From positions 2,304,001-2,368,000 of the forward strand of contig CBDBCF010000001.1 of NCBI GenBank assembly GCA_965202985.1: a DNA stretch of 64,000 nucleotides, in the 5' to 3' direction. Below, piece after piece: positions 17,678 to 27,351 of the stretch. The notes beneath the pieces are model-generated. The model worked only from the letters and a program-made list of their open reading frames with translations. It was not told the DNA's origin and ran no database searches. Position numbers and translations under genes: made by a program. This DNA is from Longimicrobiales bacterium (GTDB taxonomy: Bacteria; Gemmatimonadota; Gemmatimonadetes; Longimicrobiales; Gaopeijiaceae). Every line of letters starts with the position of its first letter. The stretch's first letter is position 1.

Positions 17678-19000
17678 ATGGAAATCAGACGGAAAGAGAC
17701 GACGGACTCCGAGAAACATGTAGCCGACGCCGGGACGTTCGCCGACCTGGGGTTGGACGAACTGCGGCTTGCGGCGGTTGAAGCGCTTGGGTGGACGGCG
17801 CCGACCCCCGTTCAGCAACAGGCGATCCCCTTGGTCAAGGCGGGGCGCGACGTGGTCGGGATTGCCCGCACGGGCACGGGGAAGACGGGCGCGTTCGTGC
17901 TGCCGGCGTTGGAGTCGCTGCGGGCAGGAGCGGGGTTGCAGGTGCTGGTGCTGTGCCCGACGCGAGAGCTTGCCCAACAGGTCTGCGACGACGCGACGGC
18001 GCTGGCCAAGGGCTCGTCGCTGCGGTCGGCGGTCATCTACGGGGGCGTCGGCTACCAGCCTCAACTGGACGCGCTGGCCAGGGGCGACGAGATCGTGGTC
18101 GCCACGCCCGGCCGGCTCATCGACCTGAAGAAGCGCGGCAAGGCCCGGCTCAAGGGCGTAAGCATCTTGGTCCTGGACGAAGCGGACCGGATGCTGGACA
18201 TGGGCTTCCGGCCCCAGATCGAAGAGGTCATGCGCGGCCTGGGCAAGAAGCCCCAGACGCTGTTCTTCTCCGCCACCATGCCCAACGCCGTGCACGACCT
18301 GGCGCTGCGCATGACGCGCGACGCCGCGTGGGTGGAAGTGACGCCGGCCGGCACCAAGCCCAGCGAGATATCCGAGATCGCGTACTCGGTTCGACCCGAA
18401 AAGAAGCCCGGCCTTCTGGCCCACCTGCTGCAACAGCCGGGCTGGGACCAAGTCCTGGTCTTCACGCGCACGAAGGTCGGCGCCGACGCCCTGCGGTCCC
18501 GGCTGGATCGCGCCGGCATCGAGTGCGACACCATCCATTCGGACCGTCAGATGCAGCACCGAACGCGCGCGCTGGACCGCTTTGCCGCCGGCGACGTGCG
18601 CGTGCTGGTGGCCACCGACATCGCGCAGCGCGGGCTGGACATCGACGGCATTTCGCACGTGGTCAACTACGACGTGCCCCTGGATCCGGGCGACTACGTG
18701 CACAGGATAGGGCGCACGGGCCGGGCCGGGGCCACGGGACAGGCGGTCACGTTCGTCACGGCGTCGGACCTGGGCGCGTTCCGCACGCTCGAGTTCCAAC
18801 TGGAGCGGCGCTTGGAGAAGGTGCACCACCCCGAGTTCGACTTTGCCCGGGGGGCCGTCCGCGAGGACGATCCGGCGGCGGCAACCAAGTCGCGGGTCGG
18901 TCGGGGCATGGGCGCCAAGGCCGGGGCCGTCCTGGACGCGGACGAACTGGCGGCGCTGCTCAGCCACGACCCCGTGCCCGCGGGAGCCGGCAAGTCGTGA
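17678..19000 (+). CDS. DEAD-box RNA helicase (RhlE-like)
   Basis: TGTGKT, PTRELA, TPGRL, DEAD, SAT and HRIGRTGR are all intact. Confidence 0.92.
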   Translation: MEIRRKETTDSEKHVADAGTFADLGLDELRLAAVEALGWTAPTPVQQQAIPLVKAGRDVVGIARTGTGKTGAFVLPALESLRAGAGLQVLVLCPTRELAQQVCDDATALAKGSSLRSAVIYGGVGYQPQLDALARGDEIVVATPGRLIDLKKRGKARLKGVSILVLDEADRMLDMGFRPQIEEVMRGLGKKPQTLFFSATMPNAVHDLALRMTRDAAWVEVTPAGTKPSEISEIAYSVRPEKKPGLLAHLLQQPGWDQVLVFTRTKVGADALRSRLDRAGIECDTIHSDRQMQHRTRALDRFAAGDVRVLVATDIAQRGLDIDGISHVVNYDVPLDPGDYVHRIGRTGRAGATGQAVTFVTASDLGAFRTLEFQLERRLEKVHHPEFDFARGAVREDDPAAATKSRVGRGMGAKAGAVLDADELAALLSHDPVPAGAGKS

Positions 19001-19067
19001 CTGCGATGCGTTCCGAGAACGGCGGGCGGGGCGTGCTCCCGAAGCGTTCGGCGGCGGCGAGCGGGCC

Positions 19068-19481
19068 GTGATCCTCAAGCGCTACGGCAAAGCCTACCAC
19101 AGCGTCGAGCCCAACTTCAACCCGGCCGGGATGACCGAGATCGGGTTTCAGCGCGACCGGGCGTTCTCCCTGGCCGTGGACGAGTTCGACGAGGCCTACG
19201 AGCGGCTGACGACGGACGAGTTGCGCGCCGAGGCCGAGGGCCCGGTGCAGCGGGAGGCCGAACAGGCTCTGCTGGGCAAGTTGGAAGAGGCCTTGGCGGG
19301 ACGGCTGGGGACGCTGAGCGACGACCAAGTGCTGGTCGTGACCAACGACGCAGGCGACTGGCCCAGGACCCGCGAGGAGCGCAAGGTGGCCCCGGAGGAC
19401 TTGCATAACGGATTTCACTTTCGGTGGTGGGTCGATCCGCCGCTGAAGGTGGCGATCTACCGGCGGCGGTCGGACGCCTAG
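19068..19481 (+). CDS. Hypothetical protein
   Basis: GTG start, (M)ILKRYGKAYHSVEPNF...; normal codon pattern. Confidence 0.7.
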   Translation: MILKRYGKAYHSVEPNFNPAGMTEIGFQRDRAFSLAVDEFDEAYERLTTDELRAEAEGPVQREAEQALLGKLEEALAGRLGTLSDDQVLVVTNDAGDWPRTREERKVAPEDLHNGFHFRWWVDPPLKVAIYRRRSDA

Positions 19482-19582
19482 CCAGCGCCGGGCCAGCACC
19501 GACGCGCACGAACCCTCCTCCCGCCCAAGCCTCGTCCCGACCGCTCCCGCCGACCGCCCACGCCGACCGCCGCCGACCGCCG

Positions 19583-20800
19583 ATGCTGTCCCTGGAAAGC
19601 GTGCAGGCCGCGTGCAAGCGAATACGGGGCGGCGCGTTGGAGACCGCATGTCCCCGGTCCTTTGCGCTGGAGGCGCGAACGGGGGTTCGCCGGGTTTGGT
19701 TGAAGGCCGAGCATCGGCAGCGCACGGGCTCGTTCAAGGACCGCGGCTCGCTGAACAAGTTGCTGCTGCTGGGAGACGACCTGCGGCGCGGGGTCGTCGC
19801 GGCCAGTGCGGGCAACCACGCCCAGGCGCTGGCGCATCACGCCGCTCGGCTGGGCGTGCCGTGCACGATCGTGATGCCCGAGACCGCGCCGATCATCAAG
19901 GTCGCCAACACCAAGCGGCACGGCGCCCGCGTCTTCCAGATCGGGACCACGCTGTCCGACGGCGCGGCGGAAGTGGAACGACTTGCCGCCGAAGACGGAC
20001 TGGTTCCGGTCCACGCCTTCGACGACCTGGCGGTCATGGCGGGGCAAGGGACGATCGCCCTGGAAATCTTGGAGCAGGTGCCGGACGTGTCCACGATCGT
20101 CGTGCCCGTGGGCGGGGGCGGCATGATCTCGGGGGTCGCCGTGGCCGCCAAGGCGCTGCGCCCGGAGGTGCGCATCGTGGGCGTGGAGGCGGCCGCGTCG
20201 CCGAGCGCCGTCGAGTCGCTCAAGGCCGGAGCGCCCGTTCGCGTGGAAAGCGCCGACACCCTGGCCGACGGAATCGCCGTCAAGCGGATCGGCGAGCTGG
20301 CCTACCCGTTCCTGGAATCGCTGGTGGACGACGTGGTGCTCGTCAGCGAGCGCGAGATTGCCGACGCCGTCTTCTTCCTGCTGGAGCGCGAGAAGGCGGT
20401 GGTGGAGGGGGCGGGGGCCACGCCGGTGGCTGCGCTGTTGGAGGGGAAGGTCGCGGCTTCGGCGTCGCCCGATGAAACGGTCGTGTGCGTGCTGTCGGGC
20501 GGCAACATCGACGTGAACATCATCGCGCGGATCATCGACCGGGGGCTGCGGGACGACGGGCGCCTGGCGCGCCTGCGGGTCCTGGTGCGAGACCGGCCCG
20601 GATCGCTCAACCAACTGACGGCGGTGGTGGCCGGCGAAGGTGCCAACGTGCTGGACATCCACCACGTGCGAGCGTTCGGCGACGTGTCGGTGGGCGAAGT
20701 CAGCATCGAGATCCGCGCCGAGACCAGGGGCCGGGCGCACGCGGCCCGGATCGTGGAGAAGCTGCGCGGGCTGGGGCACAAGGTGGAAGAGGGGCCGTAG
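19583..20800 (+). CDS. ilvA: Threonine ammonia-lyase with C-terminal ACT domain
   Basis: QRTGSFKDRG, ASAGNHAQ, VGGGG, LSGGNID, DRPGSL (ACT). Confidence 0.92.
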   Translation: MLSLESVQAACKRIRGGALETACPRSFALEARTGVRRVWLKAEHRQRTGSFKDRGSLNKLLLLGDDLRRGVVAASAGNHAQALAHHAARLGVPCTIVMPETAPIIKVANTKRHGARVFQIGTTLSDGAAEVERLAAEDGLVPVHAFDDLAVMAGQGTIALEILEQVPDVSTIVVPVGGGGMISGVAVAAKALRPEVRIVGVEAAASPSAVESLKAGAPVRVESADTLADGIAVKRIGELAYPFLESLVDDVVLVSEREIADAVFFLLEREKAVVEGAGATPVAALLEGKVAASASPDETVVCVLSGGNIDVNIIARIIDRGLRDDGRLARLRVLVRDRPGSLNQLTAVVAGEGANVLDIHHVRAFGDVSVGEVSIEIRAETRGRAHAARIVEKLRGLGHKVEEGP

Positions 20801-20857
20801 GCAGGCTGCCCGCCGGGCCCCGAGTCCTGCACGTGCGCCCGGCCAATTTGAGCGATC

Positions 20858-20894
20858 TTACCCCATATTAGCGAATTCCGATAAACTGGGGTAA
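20858..20894. promoter_or_regulatory. AT-rich inverted repeat upstream of the AAA ATPase (putative operator/promoter)
   Basis: TTACCCCA-21 nt (with central GAATTC)-TGGGGTAA, 11 bp before the ATG at 20906. Confidence 0.45.
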
Positions 20895-20905
20895 CTTCAC
20901 TCAAA

Positions 20906-22063
20906 ATGGACCCGCGAAAGAACCCCTACGCCCCTGGCGCCGGAACGCCTCCGCCCGAGTTGGCGGGCCGCGACCAGCTGCTGGAGCGCGCCGCCATCGG
21001 CTTGGACCGAGTCCGTGCAGGACTCTCGGCCAAGTGCTTGGTGATGGTCGGCCTGCGGGGCGTCGGAAAAACCGTCCTGCTGAATCGAGTCGCAATCGAC
21101 GCCGACGGTCGAGGGTTCTCGACGGTGGTGGTCGAAGCGCCCGAGGGCGGTTCCTTGCCCGCCCTGCTGGCTCCGCCTTTGCGGGCGACGCTCGTCAAGA
21201 TGAGTCGGCGAGCAGCAGCCGGCGAGCTGGCAAGGCGAGCGCTTCGCGCATTGGGCGGCTTCGCGTCGGCGATGGACCTGGACCTGGACACCGAGCCGGG
21301 GGTCGCCGACAGCGGCAACCTGGAGCACGACCTGCTGGACCTTCTGCGGGTGGTCGGGGAAGCGGCGCGCGGGAACAAGACGGCCTTGGCCTTGTTCGTG
21401 GACGAACTCCAGTACTTGGAGCGATCCGAGTTCGGTGCGATGATCACCGCCTTTCACCGGATCGCCCAGATGCAGCTGCCGGTGACTCTCGTGGGCGCCG
21501 GACTGCCGCAGATCGTCGCTCGCGCGGGCAAGGTCAGGTCCTATGCCGAACGCTTGTTTTCCTTTGCCGACGTCGGGCCGCTCGACGAGGGATCGGCCGC
21601 GCAGGCTTTGGAAGCGCCGGCCCAGCCCCATGGCGTGCTGTACGACGGGGCGGCAGTGGACGAAATCATTCAGCGCACTCGCGGGTATCCGTACTTCCTG
21701 CAGGAGTGGGGGAAGCACTGCTGGGAATCGGCGGACTCCTCGCCGGTCACGGTCGCCGACGTGGAGACCGCCACGATCGGCGCGATCGCCGACTTGGACG
21801 CCACCTTCTTCCGAGTCCGCCTGGACCGGCTCGCGCCGGCCGAGAAGCGGTACTTGCGAGCGATGGCGGAACTCGGGCCGGGTCCCCATCGCTCCGGGGA
21901 GATCGCCGAAGCGCTCGGCAAACAGGTCACTTCCGTGGCCCCGACGCGCGCCCAGCTCATCGAAAAAGGCATGATCTACAGCCCGGCCCACGGCGACACG
22001 GCCTTTACCGTTCCGCTCTTCGACGAGTACATGCGACGGACGATGCCGTTCAGCGGGTCATAG
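20906..22063 (+). CDS. AAA+ (AAA_16-like) ATPase with C-terminal winged HTH
   Basis: NPYAPGAG..ELAGR, GLRGVGKT, LFVDELQ, GYPYFLQ; HTH-like RSGEIAEALG..RAQLIEKGMI. Confidence 0.88.
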   Translation: MDPRKNPYAPGAGTPPPELAGRDQLLERAAIGLDRVRAGLSAKCLVMVGLRGVGKTVLLNRVAIDADGRGFSTVVVEAPEGGSLPALLAPPLRATLVKMSRRAAAGELARRALRALGGFASAMDLDLDTEPGVADSGNLEHDLLDLLRVVGEAARGNKTALALFVDELQYLERSEFGAMITAFHRIAQMQLPVTLVGAGLPQIVARAGKVRSYAERLFSFADVGPLDEGSAAQALEAPAQPHGVLYDGAAVDEIIQRTRGYPYFLQEWGKHCWESADSSPVTVADVETATIGAIADLDATFFRVRLDRLAPAEKRYLRAMAELGPGPHRSGEIAEALGKQVTSVAPTRAQLIEKGMIYSPAHGDTAFTVPLFDEYMRRTMPFSGS

Positions 22064-22729
22064 TTCCCGAAGGAACTCTCGTACACTGCTGAGCACCCTG
22101 TGGTCGAAGTCCCAAACACCCTGTCGAGCGGAGACGGCAAGGGAGTGGGGCGCCTTCTTCTGAACCGCTATGTATGCGGCTACACGCGCCTTGTCCGGTT
22201 TTGAGGGCGACTCCCCCGTGGCAGTTTCCCTCGCACACTTCATGAAGTTGTCGATGCACTTGGCGATGTCGGAATCCAGCGTTCGGCACAGCAGAGTCTC
22301 AAGCTCGCCCGGGTTCCTGTTGTCGGGCAGGATAAACACGCTGACCGTCAGCGCCATCCGAGCATCTCCTTCGTTCGCCACGGCACGGCGATTAGTCAAG
22401 GACGGAGGTACAGGTAGTCCAGAATCCGCGATCGACGACTGAACGCTCCGGAACGCATTCTCGGCGGAATTGTCGGCATCACGGATTATGCCCAAGCTCT
22501 CCACAGCGTCGAATCCGGTTCGACCCATCAAGGCCTCCAGATACTTGGTGTTCAAGTTGGACTTCCCCTCGTAGCTCTCAACAACGATGTCGTCTATGGT
22601 GAGATTCTCATTGAAACTGTTGAAGAATCTCTCATCTGTTCTTCCTTCCACAAGCAAGAGTTTCTTCGACTTCGATTGCCCAAGTCGACTTCGGCTACGC
22701 AACCTCCTGGAGTTGCCACGGTCACTCAT
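22058..22729 (-). CDS. DUF3226-like / TOPRIM-like protein
   Basis: LLLVEGRTD, GIIRDAD, PGELETL; start overlaps the stop of the upstream ATPase. Confidence 0.75.
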   Translation of the reverse strand: MSDRGNSRRLRSRSRLGQSKSKKLLLVEGRTDERFFNSFNENLTIDDIVVESYEGKSNLNTKYLEALMGRTGFDAVESLGIIRDADNSAENAFRSVQSSIADSGLPVPPSLTNRRAVANEGDARMALTVSVFILPDNRNPGELETLLCRTLDSDIAKCIDNFMKCARETATGESPSKPDKARVAAYIAVQKKAPHSLAVSARQGVWDFDHRVLSSVREFLREL

Positions 22730-23784
22730 CGTATCTCGAATCCGTTGGATATCGCCCCATCGACCGCATCCGGGCCAAGCGTCACGCAACGAATCGCCCT
22801 ATCGTCGTCAACCTCCAAGCGGTGTACGGCCAAGTCCTGGCCGTCAATCGCATCGTTGGCCGAACGAAGACACTCGTAGCTGTGAGTTGTGACGAATACT
22901 TGCTTGTCGTACCTATGCGCCGCCTCGCTTATTGCTCGCCAGACGTCGAACATCGATTCGTGGTGGATACCGTTCTCGATTTCGTCGATCACCGCGATGT
23001 TTCCCTGGCCCGTTGACTCCATCATCAGCACCAACCTGAGCACTCGTGCTAGTCCTTGGCCCATCAGACCTAGCGGCACTAGCTTTCCGATTCCGATGTC
23101 GCAGAACAAGTTCGGTACGCCGTGTTCCATCAGGACCTCCGGAGCATCTCTCAATCGAGGTTCAATCTTGCGCAATACATCGACAATATACCCGGTCCGC
23201 CTATCCTTCCTAAGCTCGCTCAGGCGATCAAAGACATGCCCGCTTATCTCTAGGTTGGCGGGTACGAACGCTACCGAGAACGCACTAGGCGGCGGCGTGG
23301 ATTCCTCCTGTCCGGCCAGCTTCAAGCGCTCGTCGTCCAGAAACGTCTGATACCGGAGATAGCGGCCATGTTCCTCCTCCAGACGTACCGCGAGAGCTAC
23401 CCGTGATGGTAGCTTGCCAATCGATTCCGTGGTTGGCCGGTCCGCCATGACTGAAGCATTAGGAGTTTGTTCAACAGCGACCGTGCACTTCCGGATGCCG
23501 AATGTCGATTGTTTCGCCGTTATTTCCATCTCCTTACTGGCATCCAGGTCGCGGAAGAAGGACCGAAGGTAGCTGTCGAACGCGTACTCGTCAGTGGGCA
23601 CCTTCATGCCTCTCCTAAGGTTCAACTGAAACGGCACGTAGGACGCCGCCACCAGCGCAACTGCCTCTACCGCTGCGGATTTTCCGGAGTTGTTCTTCCC
23701 AACGAACAGATTGATCCGCCTCAAGCCTTTGATCGTCAGGTCCTCGAACAGACGGAAATTGCGGATACGCAGTTCAGTGAACAT
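22726..23784 (-). CDS. ABC-type (AAA_15/AAA_21) ATPase
   Basis: LRIRNFRLF, GKNNSGKS, MGQG signature, IDEIENGIH, VTTHS; visibly lower GC than its flanks. Confidence 0.88.
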   Translation of the reverse strand: MFTELRIRNFRLFEDLTIKGLRRINLFVGKNNSGKSAAVEAVALVAASYVPFQLNLRRGMKVPTDEYAFDSYLRSFFRDLDASKEMEITAKQSTFGIRKCTVAVEQTPNASVMADRPTTESIGKLPSRVALAVRLEEEHGRYLRYQTFLDDERLKLAGQEESTPPPSAFSVAFVPANLEISGHVFDRLSELRKDRRTGYIVDVLRKIEPRLRDAPEVLMEHGVPNLFCDIGIGKLVPLGLMGQGLARVLRLVLMMESTGQGNIAVIDEIENGIHHESMFDVWRAISEAAHRYDKQVFVTTHSYECLRSANDAIDGQDLAVHRLEVDDDRAIRCVTLGPDAVDGAISNGFEIR

Positions 23785-24138
23785 CGCGGTGTCTCCGGTT
23801 GCCGATCATCTGCTTCGAGGGTGTCCCAGAGCGCCATGCCAGCCGCGGGCATGGCCAGAGACGGTATGGACTCAAGTATCACGATCAGCGTCGCGTTCCG
23901 CAAGTGGGACGTTCTTCGAACGGCCGTCGCGGCTGCCGAGGCTCTTCCCGGAGGCGCTCAACCGACGGCTCACCAAAGTCGCGTCGAAAGCCGACAGCCC
24001 GGGCCGAGGCGGCCTCGTCCTTCTTGCTGGTCGGCTCGCTCGTCGTTACGGTTCGGGCAACTTCGCATTTGGCCGCTCCCGAGCGACTGCAACGAGCACC
24101 CGCCTCGAACGCGACACAAGCAACATGATCGAGAACGA

Positions 24139-27100
24139 TTGCCCGACGGAGCCAGCCCGCTGACCGGCCAGCTTCCAACCCTCGCTCCCGGCGCTCGCGT
24201 AGTCGTCCGCGACGCCGAGTGGGTCGTGCGGCGGGTGGACTCGACGCCGGACGGTGGCTCGCAGTTGGTCTGCGACGGCGTCTCCGAGCTCGTCCGGGAG
24301 CGGGAGGCCGTCTTCCTGACGCGGTTGGAGCCGCAGATCGAGGTGCTGGACCCGGCGCGGACGCGGCTGGTGCCGGACGAGTCGCCGCAGTTCGCCGACA
24401 GCCGGTTGTACATGGAGAGCTTGCTGCGCCAGGCGGTGCCCGGCGACGACCGCATTCACGCGGGGCACCTGGGCGCCATGGACTCGGTGGCGTACCAGCT
24501 GGAGCCGGCGCGCCAAGCGTTGCGGCAGCCCCGACAGCGCATCCTTGTTGCGGACGCGGTGGGGCTGGGAAAGACGTTGGAGGCGGGAGTCCTGGTCAGC
24601 GAACTGATTGCGCGCGGCCGGGGTCGGCGGATTCTGGTGCTGGCGTTGAAGAGCATGCTGACGCAGTTCCAACAGGAGTTCTGGAACCGGTTCACGATCC
24701 CGCTCACGCGGCTGGATTCGGTCGGCATCCAGCGCGTCCGGGCGCGGATTCCCACCAGCCACAACCCGTTCCACTACTACGACAAGTCGATCATCTCCAT
24801 CGACACGCTCAAGCAGGACAGAGAGTACCGGACTTACTTGGAGCAGGCGTACTGGGACGTGATCGTCATCGACGAAGCGCACAACGTGGCCGACCGCGGC
24901 ACGGGGTCGCTTCGGAGCCGGCTGGCCCGCTTGCTGGCGCGACGCTCCGACACGCTGATCATGCTGACGGCGACGCCGCACGACGGAAAGGCGCGCAGCT
25001 TCGCCAGCCTCGTGAACATGCTGGACGCCACCGCCATCACCGACCCGGAGAACTATCGGCGCGAAGACTTTCGCGACAAGGGACTGGTGATTCGGCGCTT
25101 CAAGAAGGACATCCGCGCAGACGTGCGCGACGCCTTCAGGGACCGCGAGGTGCATCGCAGCCGGTTCCCCGCTTCCGCCAAGGAGGAACGGGCCTACAAA
25201 GCGCTCTTGGCGGTGAAGGTGGCGAGGGCGGGCGGGGCGCGGACTTCGGCGAGCGGGGGCGCGAACGCCGCTGGCCAAGTCCGTCGCGACCTCTTCTTGG
25301 TCACGCTCGAGAAGGCCCTCTTCTCCAGTCCGGCCGCGTGCCTGGCTTCGGTGGACAAGCGCATTCGGCGGGCGCGACAAGGAGCTGGAGGAAGGGGCGG
25401 CCGACGGGGCCGGTGCGACCCCGCCGCTGCGGTGGCTGCCGAAGTGGCCTCCTTGCGCGCGCTTCGGGAAGCACTGGTCGTCATCGGGCCGGGCGACTAC
25501 GCCAAGTACCAGGCTCTGCTGGACGCGATTCGGGGCGGACGGCCATTCAGGTGGCAGGCCAGAGGCCGGGGGACGGAAGAGGACCGGCTGGTCGTGTTCA
25601 CCGAGCGGATCGAGACGCTGCATTGGCTGCGCCAGCATCTTGCGGAAGACCTTGGGCTCGGCAATGCCCAAGTGGCCATCCTGCACGGGACGATGAGCGA
25701 CGTGGACCAGCAGCGCGTGGTGGAGGACTTCGGCAACGCCAAGCGTCCCGTCCGACTGTTGCTTTGCTCGGACGTCGCTTCCGAAGGCATCAACCTGCAC
25801 TACCACTGCCACCGCTTGATTCACTTCGACATGCCGTGGTCGCTGATGGTCTTTCAGCAGCGCAACGGGCGCGTGGACCGCTACGGACAGAAGCGCCGAC
25901 CTCAGATCGTCTACTTGGTCGCCGAGAGCGCGAACGAGAGGATCCGAGGCGACACGCGCATCCTCGAAATCCTGGAAGCAAAGGACGAGCAGGCGTACAA
26001 GAACATCGGCGACCCGGCAACGTTCATGAACGTCCATGACGTGTCCGCCGAAGAGGAGATCACGGCCAAGGCAATGGCGGAGGGGGAAGAGGCCGACCAC
26101 TTTGACAGCCGTCTCCAGCCCAAGTCGAACGAGGGGGAAGACTTGCTGGCGCTGTTCCTGGGGACGCCGACTGTCGCAGGGACGACGGGCGACGAGGCCC
26201 CTGGCGAGCCTGGATCAAGGCCGGACGCCGCCGAATCGCCGGAGCGGACAATGCGCCGCCCAGCCGAGCAACCAACGGAGCGCGTCCAGCCTGCACCGCC
26301 TCTGTCGCTGTTCGACGACGACTTGGCGTACTGCGAGCAGGCGCTTCACCACCTGCGGAGGCGGAACCCCGCACTGCGCTTCAAGGCGAACGACGACTCG
26401 GGCTCGCTGACGCTCGACGCCCCGGAAGACCTGCTCCACCGATTCGATCCATTCCCTCGGGAGGTGATCCCGCAGGACGGACGCTTTCGCCTGACGACGG
26501 ATCGCGAGCGCATCGGCGAGGCCATCGTCGAGAGCCGTCGCGACGAGCACGCTTGGCCGAAGCTCCACTACCTCTGGCGGCTGAACCCGATAGTCGGTTG
26601 GCTGAACGACCGAATGCTGGCCGCCTTCGGCCGACACCAGGCACCGGTCATGGCCGGAGCGCCGCAGCTGGCCGACGACGAGGCCGTGTTCGTGCTGTCC
26701 GGTGTGGTGCCGAACCGCAAGAGTCATCCGCTGGTGCACGAGTGGGTTGCCGTGACGTTCCGGGATGGGAGGCCCGCCGGGGTCGAGACCTTCCAAGCGC
26801 TGCTGGACCGGACGGGCTTGAAGGAGCGGGCGGGTCCGAACAGGAACCTTCAGCTCGACTTGGAGGCTTTGCAGAAGCTGTTGCCGGGTGCCGTCCAGCG
26901 GGCGAAGGAATGGCTCGACGGGTGCCGGCAGGCGTTCGAGAACCGAATGGACGAGCAGCTCAACCGGGAGCTCGCGGCGCTGGAAGAACTCAAGGCGCGT
27001 CGCATCGAGCAGCTCGCCCTCAAGCTGGAACGGTCGCAGAGAACCGAGGCGTTCAAGGCGCACCAGCGCTCCACCGGCGAGCGGGAGATCAAGCAGATAT

Positions 27101-27189
27101 TCGACGACTATCTGGAGTGGGTCGAGGACACGATGACGCTGGAGCGCCAGCCGTACATCAAGGTCGTTTGCGTGATGGTGGGCGGATGA
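24139..27189 (+). CDS. SNF2-family helicase (DrmD-like)
   Basis: APGARVVVRDAEW, LVADAVGLGKT, IDEAH, LTATPH, SEGINL, QRNGRVDRYGQ. Start estimated at TTG 24139. Confidence 0.88.
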   Translation: MPDGASPLTGQLPTLAPGARVVVRDAEWVVRRVDSTPDGGSQLVCDGVSELVREREAVFLTRLEPQIEVLDPARTRLVPDESPQFADSRLYMESLLRQAVPGDDRIHAGHLGAMDSVAYQLEPARQALRQPRQRILVADAVGLGKTLEAGVLVSELIARGRGRRILVLALKSMLTQFQQEFWNRFTIPLTRLDSVGIQRVRARIPTSHNPFHYYDKSIISIDTLKQDREYRTYLEQAYWDVIVIDEAHNVADRGTGSLRSRLARLLARRSDTLIMLTATPHDGKARSFASLVNMLDATAITDPENYRREDFRDKGLVIRRFKKDIRADVRDAFRDREVHRSRFPASAKEERAYKALLAVKVARAGGARTSASGGANAAGQVRRDLFLVTLEKALFSSPAACLASVDKRIRRARQGAGGRGGRRGRCDPAAAVAAEVASLRALREALVVIGPGDYAKYQALLDAIRGGRPFRWQARGRGTEEDRLVVFTERIETLHWLRQHLAEDLGLGNAQVAILHGTMSDVDQQRVVEDFGNAKRPVRLLLCSDVASEGINLHYHCHRLIHFDMPWSLMVFQQRNGRVDRYGQKRRPQIVYLVAESANERIRGDTRILEILEAKDEQAYKNIGDPATFMNVHDVSAEEEITAKAMAEGEEADHFDSRLQPKSNEGEDLLALFLGTPTVAGTTGDEAPGEPGSRPDAAESPERTMRRPAEQPTERVQPAPPLSLFDDDLAYCEQALHHLRRRNPALRFKANDDSGSLTLDAPEDLLHRFDPFPREVIPQDGRFRLTTDRERIGEAIVESRRDEHAWPKLHYLWRLNPIVGWLNDRMLAAFGRHQAPVMAGAPQLADDEAVFVLSGVVPNRKSHPLVHEWVAVTFRDGRPAGVETFQALLDRTGLKERAGPNRNLQLDLEALQKLLPGAVQRAKEWLDGCRQAFENRMDEQLNRELAALEELKARRIEQLALKLERSQRTEAFKAHQRSTGEREIKQIFDDYLEWVEDTMTLERQPYIKVVCVMVGG

Positions 27190-27351
27190 AGTGTTGACCG
27201 AGCCGGCTCGGCCGAAAGTTAGGCCGATCCAGCTATCCAAACGCCCAGTTTTCGGACGCATCTTGCTTCCGGCCCGGCCATTCCCCCCGGGCCCGGAGCG
27301 CCCCCAAGGCCTCCGCGAACCCGCGAACCTCGCGCCCACAGGAGGCCCCCT

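Noticed and set aside
23467..24138. N-terminal extension of the SNF2 ORF
   Set aside because: Overlaps the opposite-strand ATPase and looks non-coding; recognisable sequence starts near 24139.
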